Shown here in pieces: positions 11,084 to 20,574 of a stretch of DNA of 64,000 bases. The DNA comes from an uncultured Anaerolineaceae bacterium (GTDB taxonomy: Bacteria; Chloroflexota; Anaerolineae; Anaerolineales; E44-bin32): positions 3,150-67,149 of the forward strand of contig CAZQDE010000004.1 of the NCBI GenBank assembly GCA_964591485.1, written 5' to 3'. The notes under the pieces were generated by a model that saw only the letters and a list, made by a program, of their open reading frames with translations, had not been told where the DNA came from and made no database searches. A program made the translations under genes and the position numbers. Within the stretch, counting starts at the first letter, position 1; every line of letters starts with the position of its first letter.

Positions 11084-11836
11084 ATGCACCCTGTATTGCA
11101 AATCGGCCCGCTGGCGCTGCGGCTCCCCGGCCTCTTCCTGCTGCTGGGCGTATGGGCAACGGTGCTGCTTGCCGAGCGCAGAGCCCCACGCGAAGAGATC
11201 CTCTCAGGGGCGCTGAGCAATCTCATCTTCTACACGCTGCTCGCTGGGCTTGTGGGCGCCCGCCTGGGGCACGCGCTGCACTCCCTTCAGCTCTACTTCG
11301 AGAACCCCCTAGGCCTGCTGGCGCTCAGCCCAACCACGCTCTCCTTGCCAGAGGACCTGCTCGCAGCCGGTCTCACGGGCTAGATCTACCGGCATCGCGT
11401 GGGGCTTCCGCTCTGGCCGGCGCTGGACGCCCTGACCCCGGGCCTGGCCGCAGTGATGATCGCCATCGGTCTCGCCCATATCGCATCCGGCGACGCTTTC
11501 GGCTCTCCAGCCGATCTCCCCTGGGCCATTCAGCTCTGGGGTGCCCGCAGGCATCCCACCCAAATCTATGAAACCCTCGCCGCGGCGCTGATCTTCGCCA
11601 GCACCCTGCAAAGGCCCACGCCCTATCCATTCCCTGGATCCGCATTTCTACGCTTTGCAGCCATCACAGCCGCCGCCAGACTCTTCCTGGAGGCCTTCCG
11701 CGGCGACAGCCTCTTGATGTTGGGGGGCATCCGGACGATGCAGGTCGTCAGCCTGGCCGTGCTCATGCTCGCCCTCCTGGGAATGCATCTCCTGGCAACC
11801 AGGCCACAGGTGGCCGATTCCGGAGCCGGGTTGTAG
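11084..11836 (+). pseudogene. lgt: prolipoprotein diacylglyceryl transferase (Lgt)-like, interrupted by in-frame TAG at 11381-11383
   Basis: ORFs 11084-11383 and 11399-11836 share one frame and together read as a single Lgt-like protein, including RHPTQIYE. A single TAG separates them. Confidence 0.6.
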
Positions 11837-11960
11837 GGGAACTGTAAGGGCCAACGACCTGGATCTCAGGCATACTGGGGAGGAAGCCTGGGGTGAACGC
11901 GCCTATCTGGCCGCGTGCCCCCATGCATCCGGCCTTCCACGGTACCCGGCAGGAGCTCGC

Positions 11961-13325
11961 GTGGCACCGATTGACCTTTCTTGGCTTGCGCATCATCTCA
12001 CCGAATGGGGCGGCTTGGCCGCCACCCTTCCGCTCATGGCATGGCTCTCTCAGAAGCGCCGCAAAGGCCGCGGCCGACCCTCCTCCCTTGCCCCCAACCA
12101 GGAACCGGCAAGTTTCGAAGAGCTCAAGCGCGAGGTGGAGCGGCTGCGCTCGGTGCTGCTCATGACCGCCCACCTCAACGCCACCCTGAATTACGAGCGT
12201 GTGCTCGAGACCACGCTCGACCTGGCCAACAGCGCCCTGCAGGGCGACGGCGCCAGCAGTGCGGTGAGCGCGCTGATGCTCTTCTCAAACCACCACCTCT
12301 ATATCGCCGCCGCGCGGGGCCTCCCCCATGCCGATTTGCGGGTCACCCTGCCGGGTGAACACGGAGTGCTTGGGCGCGCACTTGCCAAAGTGCAAACCCA
12401 GCTCTGCACCAACCCCACTGCCGACGAGGAGCTCCGGCGCTTCGCCGCGCTTCACAACACGCGCGTGGCGTTGTGCATCCCGCTGGTCGTGGGACTCGAG
12501 ATGTACGGACTGCTGCTCTTCGCCCATCGGGATGAGAATTTCTTCAGCCGCGACCGGGTCGAATTACTTGAGGCCATCGCTCAACAGGCGATGATTGCGC
12601 TACAGAACGCCCGCCTCTACCGCGATTTGGAGCAGGAGAAAGAGCGCATCGCCGAAATCCAGGAGGAGGCCAGGCGCAAACTCGCGCGCGACTTGCACGA
12701 TGGGCCTACCCAATCCATCGGCGCCATAGCCATGCGGGTCAACTTCGCCCGGCGATTGGTCCAGCGTGATCCCCAGCAGGCCGCCGAGGAGCTTTTCAAG
12801 ATTGAAGAGCTGGCGCGCCGCACCACGAAGGAAATCCGTCAGATGCTCTTCACGCTCAGGCCCTTAGTACTCGAATCCGAGGGCCTGCTGAGCGCGCTGC
12901 ATCAGCTTGCGGAGAAGATGAAGGAGAACCATAACCAGAACGTTATCATCGAGGCCAAGGAAGGCGTGGTCGATGACTTGGAGGTTGGGAAGCAGGGCGT
13001 GATCTTCTTCATCGTGGAGGAAGCAGTGACCAACGCCCGCAAGCACGCCCGGGCCAAGCACATCTGGATCCGGCTGGAGCGCCGGGGCGACCTGCTCTAT
13101 CTGGAGATCCAGGACGATGGGGTGGGGTTCGATGTGGAGAAGGTCGAATCCAACTACAGTCAGCGCGGCAGTCTGGGCATGGTCAATCTGCATGAGCGCG
13201 CCGAGCTTGTGAATGGCATCTTGAAAATCGAGTCACAGCCAGGGCGCGGCACCCGTATCTCCGTGACGATCCCCATGACGATCGAGGCCGCTGAGCGCAT
13301 GCATCGCGCCGGCTTCGCGGCCTAG
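11961..13325 (+). CDS. GAF-domain sensor histidine kinase (HisKA_3 / NarL-partner type)
   Basis: GAF region, H-box LARDLHDGPTQSI, and HATPase_c (EEAVTNARKHA...DDGVGF...GSLGMVNLHERA). No response regulator is adjacent. Confidence 0.8.
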   Translation: MAPIDLSWLAHHLTEWGGLAATLPLMAWLSQKRRKGRGRPSSLAPNQEPASFEELKREVERLRSVLLMTAHLNATLNYERVLETTLDLANSALQGDGASSAVSALMLFSNHHLYIAAARGLPHADLRVTLPGEHGVLGRALAKVQTQLCTNPTADEELRRFAALHNTRVALCIPLVVGLEMYGLLLFAHRDENFFSRDRVELLEAIAQQAMIALQNARLYRDLEQEKERIAEIQEEARRKLARDLHDGPTQSIGAIAMRVNFARRLVQRDPQQAAEELFKIEELARRTTKEIRQMLFTLRPLVLESEGLLSALHQLAEKMKENHNQNVIIEAKEGVVDDLEVGKQGVIFFIVEEAVTNARKHARAKHIWIRLERRGDLLYLEIQDDGVGFDVEKVESNYSQRGSLGMVNLHERAELVNGILKIESQPGRGTRISVTIPMTIEAAERMHRAGFAA

Positions 13326-13445
13326 ACTGCGATTCCCTCCCTTGGCTCGATCCCCCCGGGAAAGGCTCACCACAGAAGGATGCCTTCGCTGAGATGCTGG
13401 GCAGGCGGCCCAGTATCTAATGCGCAGTACCTGCGCGCATCGCGC

Positions 13446-14153
13446 TCAGATTTCCAGCCCGTGCGCCGCGAGCAACTGCTCGTTCCCGAAAAGCTCCGCG
13501 GTCGGGCCGTCGGCCACGATCTGCCCTTCGTCGATCACAATCGTACGTGGGAAGAGCTCTGCCACCATGCGCATGTCGTGTGTCGCCACGAGCATCGTTT
13601 GAGGGAGATGCTGTAGCAATGAAATAAGCTCTCGTCGCCCGCGCGGGTCCAGTCCCGCCGTGGGTTCATCAAGGACCAGGATCTCTGGATCCATCGCTAG
13701 CACCGTGGCAATAGCCACACGTCTCTTTTCCCCCATGCTCAGATGATGGGGGACTCGATCCTCAAAGCCCTCCATTCCCACGGCTGCCAATGCTTGGCCT
13801 ACACGCCGGCGCACCTCGCTTTCTTCCATCCCAAGATGAACGGGCCCGAAGGCTACATCTTCAAACACACGGTGCGAGAAGAGCTGGTCGTCGGGATCCT
13901 GGAACACCAGCCCGACCTGCGCCCGAATCGCGGGTACGTTTTCATCGCGGATCGGTTTCCCGCAGACACACACCTCCCCCTCACCGCGCAAAATCCCGTT
14001 GAGATGCAGGATCAGCGTCGATTTCCCGGAACCATTCGGTCCAACGAGGGCTACCTTCTGACCAGGGGCGATATACAGGCTTACCCCACGCAGCGCCGGC
14101 GTGCCATCCGGATAGCGGTAATGCAGCTCCTTCACATCAATCGTATGGTGCAT
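13446..14153 (-). CDS. cbiO: ECF transporter ATPase (Co/Ni type)
   Basis: Walker A GPNGSGKST, signature LSMGEKRRV, Walker B ILVLDEP. Confidence 0.85.
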   Translation of the reverse strand: MHHTIDVKELHYRYPDGTPALRGVSLYIAPGQKVALVGPNGSGKSTLILHLNGILRGEGEVCVCGKPIRDENVPAIRAQVGLVFQDPDDQLFSHRVFEDVAFGPVHLGMEESEVRRRVGQALAAVGMEGFEDRVPHHLSMGEKRRVAIATVLAMDPEILVLDEPTAGLDPRGRRELISLLQHLPQTMLVATHDMRMVAELFPRTIVIDEGQIVADGPTAELFGNEQLLAAHGLEI

Positions 14154-14156
14154 ACC

Positions 14157-14942
14157 TCACCTGATCAGCATCAGCCCAACCGGCACGGCCAGCAGTACCC
14201 CCGCCATCAGGAGCGCCAGCCAATCGCCCCTTCCCATGTGGAATGCTTGCAGCATGCGCACCTGCCCGGCGTAACCTCGGGAGAGCATGGCTTCGTAGAC
14301 GCGCTCGCTGCGCTCCAAGGACCGCAAGAAAAGGCTCCCGACCATCATCCCGGCCATCCGGCCCTGCCAAAGAAGGGATGGTCTGGAGGGGCCTGTGGCC
14401 TTCGGGCTGCGCGCCGAGCGAGCGCGCAGCATGCGCACGGCTTCGTCCGCCAATATAAAGATGTATCGATACATGAAGCCGATGATGCTCACAAGCGTCG
14501 CCGGAACGCGCAGCACAGACAGCGCCCAGAGAATCTCAGGGAGACGCGTTGTAGCGCTGAGCAGGATGCCCGCCTGAACGGCCAGCCACGTCCGCAAGAG
14601 GATGCTCAAGAATCGCACCAGACCCGGCGCGCTCACCCCCCATCCCACAACCGGCATGGTCCAAACGGTGGGACCAGGCATCAAGAAGGGAATAGGCAAG
14701 GCTGCCAGTATGAACGGCAGCGCTATAAAGGCTCTGCGGAAGGCGTAGAAAGGACCCAGGTTGGAACGCCATGCGAACGCCAGGGCCACAATTTGGAGCA
14801 GCCCAAAGGCCTCCCACTCTCCATCCGGCATGGCCACAGTTGTGAGAATATAGAGCAAAGCCACCACCAGCTTGACGCGGGGGTCAAGCCGGTGGATGGC
14901 GCTCTTTCGGGGACGATAGGCATCAGTCAGGTCGAAGTGCAA
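14157..14942 (-). CDS. cbiQ: ECF transporter transmembrane T component
   Basis: CbiQ-like polytopic protein between cbiM and cbiO. TTG start immediately after the cbiM stop. Confidence 0.8.
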   Translation of the reverse strand: MHFDLTDAYRPRKSAIHRLDPRVKLVVALLYILTTVAMPDGEWEAFGLLQIVALAFAWRSNLGPFYAFRRAFIALPFILAALPIPFLMPGPTVWTMPVVGWGVSAPGLVRFLSILLRTWLAVQAGILLSATTRLPEILWALSVLRVPATLVSIIGFMYRYIFILADEAVRMLRARSARSPKATGPSRPSLLWQGRMAGMMVGSLFLRSLERSERVYEAMLSRGYAGQVRMLQAFHMGRGDWLALLMAGVLLAVPVGLMLIR

Positions 14943-15905
14943 TCACGACTCCCTTGCGTGCTCTCTCCGCACCGCGCCCCGGCCCATAAGCCAGGCGAGC
15001 GCGAAAACCACCAGAGTTCCTAGGAGCACGGCGAGGATCGTTGTCAGCACCTCATTGCGCACAAGGGGAAGCGTGTAATCCGGGAGCAGCTTGAAGGGGG
15101 GCTCAAGTGCAGACCTTAAGAAACCCTGCCGCTCTGCGACGAACTCCAGACCGTCAGGGCTGGCGGAAGCTAATGGAGAGAGAACCGCCACAACCAGCGC
15201 CAGGGAGAGTCCGCCCAGCGTGAAAGCTGCGCCCAGGCGTCCGGGCGCCTCCTCCCCGGCGCGTATCACCTCCGGTCGGGTGACCTCAAGGAGCCCCACG
15301 GCCCCCGTCGTAATGATGCCTTCGCCTAGGCCAATGAGTGCATGCACACCAGCCATGGCGGGCAGCGCCGCACGCAGCGGCGAGGTTCCAGACAAAGCCA
15401 GCTCAAATGCCGTGGCGATAGCGCCCACCATGACAGAGAGCCACGCGCCCGCGAAGGCCGCTGCGAGCCGACTTCTTGGGCCCTCTCCAATCAGCCGTCG
15501 CAGCGAGGCATAGCCCGCATAGCCTGCGAAAGCCGTGAAGACACCCATGTTCAGGATGTTCCATCCCATCGCCAGCAAACCCCCATCCTGGAAAAGCAAC
15601 CCCTGCATTGCGATGACTGCGGTCATGATCAGCGTCGCCGCCCAAGGCCCCATAACTATCGCTGCCAGCGCGCCCCCCAAGAGATGGCCCGAGGTGCCCG
15701 CTGCGATGGGGAAATTGATCGCCTGCGCTGCGAAGATGAACGCCGCCAGCACGCCCATAAGGGGCACCTGACGCTCGCCCAACTGGAGACGCGTCTGCCG
15801 CAATGCGATCACGATGATCGCCAGTGCGATCGCCCAGCCGATGATCGAAACCACCGGTGAGAGAAAGCCGTCTGGGATGTGAAGTGGAGTGCCCGAGAGA
15901 TGCAT
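14943..15905 (-). CDS. cbiM: Ni/Co ECF substrate-capture component CbiM/NikM fused to a C-terminal PDGLE (CbiN-like) region
   Basis: The HIPDGFLSP N-terminal metal-binding motif is preceded by a 7-residue extension (MHLSGTP). The CbiM TM core is followed by SPDGLEFVAERQGF and a final TM helix. Confidence 0.8.
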   Translation of the reverse strand: MHLSGTPLHIPDGFLSPVVSIIGWAIALAIIVIALRQTRLQLGERQVPLMGVLAAFIFAAQAINFPIAAGTSGHLLGGALAAIVMGPWAATLIMTAVIAMQGLLFQDGGLLAMGWNILNMGVFTAFAGYAGYASLRRLIGEGPRSRLAAAFAGAWLSVMVGAIATAFELALSGTSPLRAALPAMAGVHALIGLGEGIITTGAVGLLEVTRPEVIRAGEEAPGRLGAAFTLGGLSLALVVAVLSPLASASPDGLEFVAERQGFLRSALEPPFKLLPDYTLPLVRNEVLTTILAVLLGTLVVFALAWLMGRGAVRREHARES

Positions 15906-15917
15906 GGCTTTGACCTC

Positions 15918-16370
15918 CTAGCGCCTATTTTGCCTACCCGCCGCCTTTCGAGCACAAGCCGGGCAAAGGCCTTCCAACGTGAGATAGTGTTCGTCTAATA
16001 CGTATCCTGTGGAATCGTAAACCCTGGCCGCCAGATGGCGAATGGCCTCGTTGTTAAGCGTCGAGGCCGCCCCGCAATTCCGGCAGACAATATGGCCGTG
16101 GGGATCCCCCGCATCGCGTAGCGCGAAGCGCTTCGGCTGGCCGCTCGGCGAAAGCAGATCAACCATGTCGGCCTTGTGCAGCGATTCCACCGTACGGTAG
16201 ACGGTCGCCAGATTTAGACCTGGCAGGCGCGCGGAAGCCCGTTCAAAGACTTCCTGTGCGCTGATATGCCCTTGCATATGAGCGATCGTCTCGAGGATGA
16301 TCGCCCGCTGAGCCGTGACGCGAAAGCCCTTTTCGCGCATGGCCTTGGCCAAGCGTTGGCCGCACGACAT
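15918..16370 (-). CDS. Fur-family metalloregulator
   Basis: Winged-helix region RVTAQRAIILETI...ATVYRTVESL, then HGHIVCRNCG...CPAC metal sites. It ends 12 nt upstream of cbiM. The ATG at 16370 is preferred. Confidence 0.8.
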   Translation of the reverse strand: MSCGQRLAKAMREKGFRVTAQRAIILETIAHMQGHISAQEVFERASARLPGLNLATVYRTVESLHKADMVDLLSPSGQPKRFALRDAGDPHGHIVCRNCGAASTLNNEAIRHLAARVYDSTGYVLDEHYLTLEGLCPACARKAAGRQNRR

Positions 16371-16532
16371 ATGCAAACCCTCGCTCTTGCGAAGAATTGC
16401 AAATAGCATAGCTTGGATAATCGGTTTCGTCAAGACGGCATCACGCGCGCCCAAACGCGGGGAAGGGTCAAGTGATGGATGGAGGATGGGGATGAGTTCG
16501 CAGTGCGCCGGCCCGGCTCAGAAGCGATTGGG

Positions 16533-16991
16533 CTAAGGCCCCAGCGTCCGCAAGTAGCTCACCAGCTCCCAGATTTCGGCCTCACTAAGCAGAGTCCGCC
16601 AGGCTGGCATCTCGGAGTTGAAGGGCGGAAAGGTGCCCCCCTCAGCGATGCGCCAGTACAGGTAGCCATCGCTGAGCCCCTTCACGCGCCCAGGCGCGGA
16701 AAGATCCGCCGGGGCTGGATCCATGGCTTGGCCTGCGTGACCATCGCCTGCGCCCGCTTTGCCATGACACTGGCTGCATAGCGCCTGGTAGGCCTCGGTG
16801 CCCCTTCGGCGTGCGCCCGGGTCGTCCGGAAATGGGTTCTTCAAATCCCGGTACTCGGCCGGAGGTTCGCCGGGCTGGAGCGTGCCCGTGTCCACGATCA
16901 CCGCCGGCCCCGGCGTACTTTCCGCAGCCTGACCGCAGGCCGCCAGCAAGAGCACTGTTAAGGCCAGGCAGAGCCATTGAGAAAGTTTCAT
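16533..16991 (-). CDS. class I c-type cytochrome, probable lipoprotein
   Basis: Lipobox LLLAAC and haem motif CSQCH with a distal Met region. ATG at 16991. Confidence 0.7.
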   Translation of the reverse strand: MKLSQWLCLALTVLLLAACGQAAESTPGPAVIVDTGTLQPGEPPAEYRDLKNPFPDDPGARRRGTEAYQALCSQCHGKAGAGDGHAGQAMDPAPADLSAPGRVKGLSDGYLYWRIAEGGTFPPFNSEMPAWRTLLSEAEIWELVSYLRTLGP

Positions 16992-17393
16992 CGGACCTTC
17001 CCTCATCGCGGCCGCCCAATCCTAGCCCAGTTTGCCCCCCGCGCCAACCCGATCTCCATTCCTATGGGTTTCCGACCTTCCATGCCGAGGCTCAATCGCG
17101 CTCGACTCTTGAAGCCTATCCCGCTTTGCATCCCGCGCAGGCCATCGCCGGCTACGACAGCTCTATCTGGGCGAAGGACTCCGTTCCCGCGTACCGCTGG
17201 AGGCGCCCTAGCGCACGCACGGACCTCAGATCAGGCCTTTGCGGGGCGCTGCTGAGCGCCCTCCTTGCATTTCCCCCAAGAAAATCGGGCAATTCAGATG
17301 GACATAAGGACAACCTACAAGCCAAAGGGGTGACTTTTCCCACTGTCGATATGCAGACCCTCCCGGCATCATCATAGGCGAGTTCCGATCCGA

Positions 17394-18209
17394 TTGTGCG
17401 GGGGGTGTATCCACGTGAGGGGTCCCGGCGAGGCCGAACGTCCCCTGCGACTTCTTTCTGTCACCCAGGGCAACTGGGGGGAACGCATCGCTCAGAACAT
17501 CGCAGACCACGCTCCGGCGGACTGGGTTGTTCTGACCTGGGCCGCGCCGCGCCTGATCCCTCCGATCGTCGACGACCCCGAGGACTTTCTCCCCTCCGAA
17601 CTGCCACAGGCCGACCTTTTGCTGGCATTGGGTGATGTCCCCGGCTTCGCCCAATTGATCCCCGATATCGCCCGCCTGTGTGGCGCGCAGGCGGTGCTGG
17701 CACCCATCGACCGCAATTCGGCTATGCCGCCTGGGCTGGTATCCCAGGTGCGGACCTGGCTGGAGGAGATGGGTGTCGATTCGCTCTTTCCCAAACCCTT
17801 CTGCTCGCTGACCGAGACCCAGTGCAACCGCTCGCCGTTGGTCAAGACCTACGATATCCCGCTCATCGCCCGCTTCGCCCACCATTTCGGCCGGCCCACC
17901 TTCGAAGTCGCGGTGGAGGGCGATCGCATCGCCCAGGTCCGGGTGGTCCGCGACGCAGCTTGCGGTTGCGCCCGCCACGTCTCCCGGGGTCTGGCCGGCG
18001 AGCGCCTTGAAGATGCCGCCGAGCAGGCCGGCATGCTCCATCATCACTACCCTTGCCTAGCGAGCATGAACCAGGACGGTGATTACAGCGACACACTAAT
18101 GCACGTTTCGGGGAACTTCCTGAAGGATGCCATCCAAGAAGAGGTTTCTAGTTACACCACTATTACGTATCTGCGCCCACACGGACGAAGCGATGACGAA
18201 GGAGAATGA
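17394..18209 (+). CDS. DUF166 (COG1810)-like Cys-containing protein, first gene of the cooS/acs operon
   Basis: Matches my recollection of DUF166: GNWGERI N-terminus, PFCSLTE, FGRPTFEV, VRDAACGCARHVSRGLAG. The start is uncertain (GTG at 17415 is possible). Confidence 0.45.
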   Translation: MCGGCIHVRGPGEAERPLRLLSVTQGNWGERIAQNIADHAPADWVVLTWAAPRLIPPIVDDPEDFLPSELPQADLLLALGDVPGFAQLIPDIARLCGAQAVLAPIDRNSAMPPGLVSQVRTWLEEMGVDSLFPKPFCSLTETQCNRSPLVKTYDIPLIARFAHHFGRPTFEVAVEGDRIAQVRVVRDAACGCARHVSRGLAGERLEDAAEQAGMLHHHYPCLASMNQDGDYSDTLMHVSGNFLKDAIQEEVSSYTTITYLRPHGRSDDEGE

Positions 18210-18213
18210 AGCC

Positions 18214-18549
18214 ATGGAAACGCTAACCCTTGACCTGCCATCCATGTATGCAGATCACCATGTCTTGCGCGTCAGGGATGCCCTGTCTGCTTTGAAAGGC
18301 GTTAAGGATGTCTATGCCAGCTCCGCATGGCAGCAGGTCATGATCTCCTATGATCCAAAGGCGCTTCAAGCGGGTGAGATCGAGGAGGCCCTTAAGTCCG
18401 CAGGATACCCTCCAGGCGAGGGAGGCCCGCCCATTCTTGTGGAGGCCTCAGCCATCAAACGCGATCCACAATGGCAGATCTTGGATTTGCGTATGACCAA
18501 AACCCAGCATGCCGATATAGAGATGTCGGGTGAGTTTCGGCGTTACTAG
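18214..18549 (+). CDS. HMA-fold-like small protein lacking the CxxC metal site
   Basis: The beta-alpha-beta-beta-alpha-beta pattern (TLDLPSMYADHHVLRVRDALSALKGVKDV...ISYDP...IEEALKSAGY) resembles heavy-metal-associated domains, but MYADHH replaces GMxCxxC. AAGGAG lies upstream of the ATG at 18214. Confidence 0.45.
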   Translation: METLTLDLPSMYADHHVLRVRDALSALKGVKDVYASSAWQQVMISYDPKALQAGEIEEALKSAGYPPGEGGPPILVEASAIKRDPQWQILDLRMTKTQHADIEMSGEFRRY

Positions 18550-18567
18550 GATGCGAGGAGACCCATC

Positions 18568-20562
18568 ATGCCCAAGAAAATGAGAACCCCCGAAGAACGA
18601 AGCCGGGACCAAGCCTCGATCGAGATGCTCACCTTCGCCGACGAGGCGGGCTTCGAAACCTCCTTTGCCCGCGCCGATGGCCTTGCACCCTGCCCGATCG
18701 GCAGCGATGGTCTCTGCTGCAAGGTCTGTAGCATGGGTCCCTGCCGGCTCGTCAAGGAGGGTCAAACTGGCATTTGCGGTGCCACTCGTGAGACCGTTGC
18801 GGCCCGCAATTTCGCCCGCATGGTCGCCGCGGGAGCGGCCGCTCACTCCGACCACGGGCGCGATCTCGCCTACACGCTGCTCGCCGCTGCAGAGGGCGAG
18901 GCGCCGGATTACAAGATCCGCGACACTTCCAAGCTCCGTGAGGTGGCCGGCTACCTGGGCGTGGCGACGGAAGGCAAGAGCATTGAAGATCTCGCCCGCG
19001 ATGTGGCCCTTGCATCGCTGAACGAGTTCGGCAAGCCCGCAGGCGAGATCATTTACCTGAATCGAGCGCCGAAGAAGCGGCAGGAGGTCTGGCACAAGCT
19101 CGGTATCGCGCCACGCAATGTGGATCGCGAGATCGTCGAGACGCTGCACCGCACGCATATAGGCAACGATCAGGATGCCGAGCACATCCTTGATCATGCA
19201 TTGCGCTGCGCCCTCGGGGACGGCTGGGGCGGCTCCATGCTGGCAACCGACCTCTCGGATATCCTCTTCGGCACGCCAGCCCCTCTTCTCGCGGAGTCCA
19301 ACCTCGGCGTACTCCGGGACGATGAAGTCAACATCATCGTGCACGGGCACGAGCCCACGCTATCCGAGATGATTGTCGCCGCGGCCCAGGATCCCGAGCT
19401 CATCGAGTATGCCAAGAGCAAGGGCGCCAAGGGCATAACATTGGGCGGCATCTGCTGCACGGCAAACGAAACGTTGATGCGCCAAGGCGTCCCCCTGGTA
19501 GGCAACTTCCTTCAGCAAGAATTGGCCTTGCTCACTGGCGCGGTCGAGGCCATGGTCGTCGACATTCAGTGCATCATGCAGGGGATTGTGAAGCTCGCTG
19601 ACCAGTTCCACACCGAGATCATCACCACTTCGCGCAAGGCCAAGATTACGGGCGCCACACATATCGAGTTCGAAGAGCATGCCGCCATGGAAACCGCCAA
19701 GGAAATTGTGCGGCGGGCTTGCGATCGCTTCCCCAAGCGGGGCGAAACCCGCATTCCGGACTACCGGAGCGAACTCGTCCCTGGGTTCTCGCACGAATAC
19801 ATCAACTACGCGCTTGGCGGCTATTACCGCGGCTCACTCCGGCCACTCAACGATGCCATTATGGCTGGGCGCATCCAAGGCGTAGTCGCCAATATCGGCT
19901 GCAATAATGCCCGCATCTGCCACGACGAGCTCCACCGCTACGTAGTCACTGAGTTCGTCAAGAACGATATCCTCGTTGTTGAAACCGGTTGTGGTGCCAT
20001 CGCGAGCGCCAAGCAGGGTTACATGACCCCTGAAGCCGCGCTTGAGCACGCTGGCCCCGGCCTGCGCGAGGTCTGCGAGACCGTCGGCATCCCGCCTGTG
20101 CTCCATATGGGATCCTGCGTGGACAATTCACGTATCCTGACCGTCCTCGCTCAGATGGCCACCGAGGGTGGGTTGGGCAACGACATCAGCGACATCCCCG
20201 CCGTGGGCATGGCGCCCGAATGGATGAGCGAGAAGGCAATCTCGATCGCGACGTACTGCGTCGCTTCAGGCGCCTACGTCATCATGGGCCACCACAGCCC
20301 CGTTGCCGGGGTGGAAGAAGTCACCCGGCTCATCTCCGATGGCTGGGAGGCCAAAGTGGGCGGGCGCATGGAGTTCATCAGCGAGGCCGATGAGATCGTC
20401 CGCAGGGCAATCGCCCACATCCACAAGAAGCGCGAGGCGCTCGGCCTGCCCGAATACGACCCCTCCAAATGGGGCAAGAGCGGGGACTGGAGAATGCAAC
20501 AGCTAATTGAACTTCCCTTGCCGGAGCGCATCGAAGCCGCCTACGGCAACATCGCCAACTAG
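18568..20562 (+). CDS. cooS: anaerobic Ni,Fe carbon monoxide dehydrogenase catalytic subunit
   Basis: The N-terminal CPIGSDGLCCKVCSMGPCRL cluster motifs and 664-aa length are typical of CooS/AcsA. Confidence 0.95.
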   Translation: MPKKMRTPEERSRDQASIEMLTFADEAGFETSFARADGLAPCPIGSDGLCCKVCSMGPCRLVKEGQTGICGATRETVAARNFARMVAAGAAAHSDHGRDLAYTLLAAAEGEAPDYKIRDTSKLREVAGYLGVATEGKSIEDLARDVALASLNEFGKPAGEIIYLNRAPKKRQEVWHKLGIAPRNVDREIVETLHRTHIGNDQDAEHILDHALRCALGDGWGGSMLATDLSDILFGTPAPLLAESNLGVLRDDEVNIIVHGHEPTLSEMIVAAAQDPELIEYAKSKGAKGITLGGICCTANETLMRQGVPLVGNFLQQELALLTGAVEAMVVDIQCIMQGIVKLADQFHTEIITTSRKAKITGATHIEFEEHAAMETAKEIVRRACDRFPKRGETRIPDYRSELVPGFSHEYINYALGGYYRGSLRPLNDAIMAGRIQGVVANIGCNNARICHDELHRYVVTEFVKNDILVVETGCGAIASAKQGYMTPEAALEHAGPGLREVCETVGIPPVLHMGSCVDNSRILTVLAQMATEGGLGNDISDIPAVGMAPEWMSEKAISIATYCVASGAYVIMGHHSPVAGVEEVTRLISDGWEAKVGGRMEFISEADEIVRRAIAHIHKKREALGLPEYDPSKWGKSGDWRMQQLIELPLPERIEAAYGNIAN

Positions 20563-20574
20563 GGAGAGAGAGCC

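Noticed and set aside
11381-11383. TAG in lgt as a pyrrolysine codon
   Set aside because: There are no pyl genes or methylamine methyltransferases in the window, and Lgt is not a known Pyl protein. A sequencing error or pseudogene is far more likely.
13743-15023. 426-aa plus-strand ORF overlapping cbiO and cbiQ
   Set aside because: It is antisense to two well-supported ECF transporter genes. The low-complexity, R/P/H-rich translation is typical of GC-rich antisense frames.
15906-15917. Cobalamin riboswitch or NikR site upstream of cbiM
   Set aside because: Only 12 nt separate the Fur-family gene from cbiM. No B12-box-like element was seen upstream of the operon either.
17007-17393. 387-nt non-coding gap upstream of the cooS operon as a riboswitch or CooA/Rex site
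   Set aside because: I found only a short hairpin (GGCGCT-GCTG-AGCGCC, about 17247-17262). There is no convincing TGTCA-N6-CGACA or TTGTGA-N6-TCACAA type palindrome, and the evidence is insufficient without covariance models.
17226-18047. 273-aa minus-strand ORF
   Set aside because: It is antisense to the DUF166-like first gene of the cooS operon and has no recognisable motifs.
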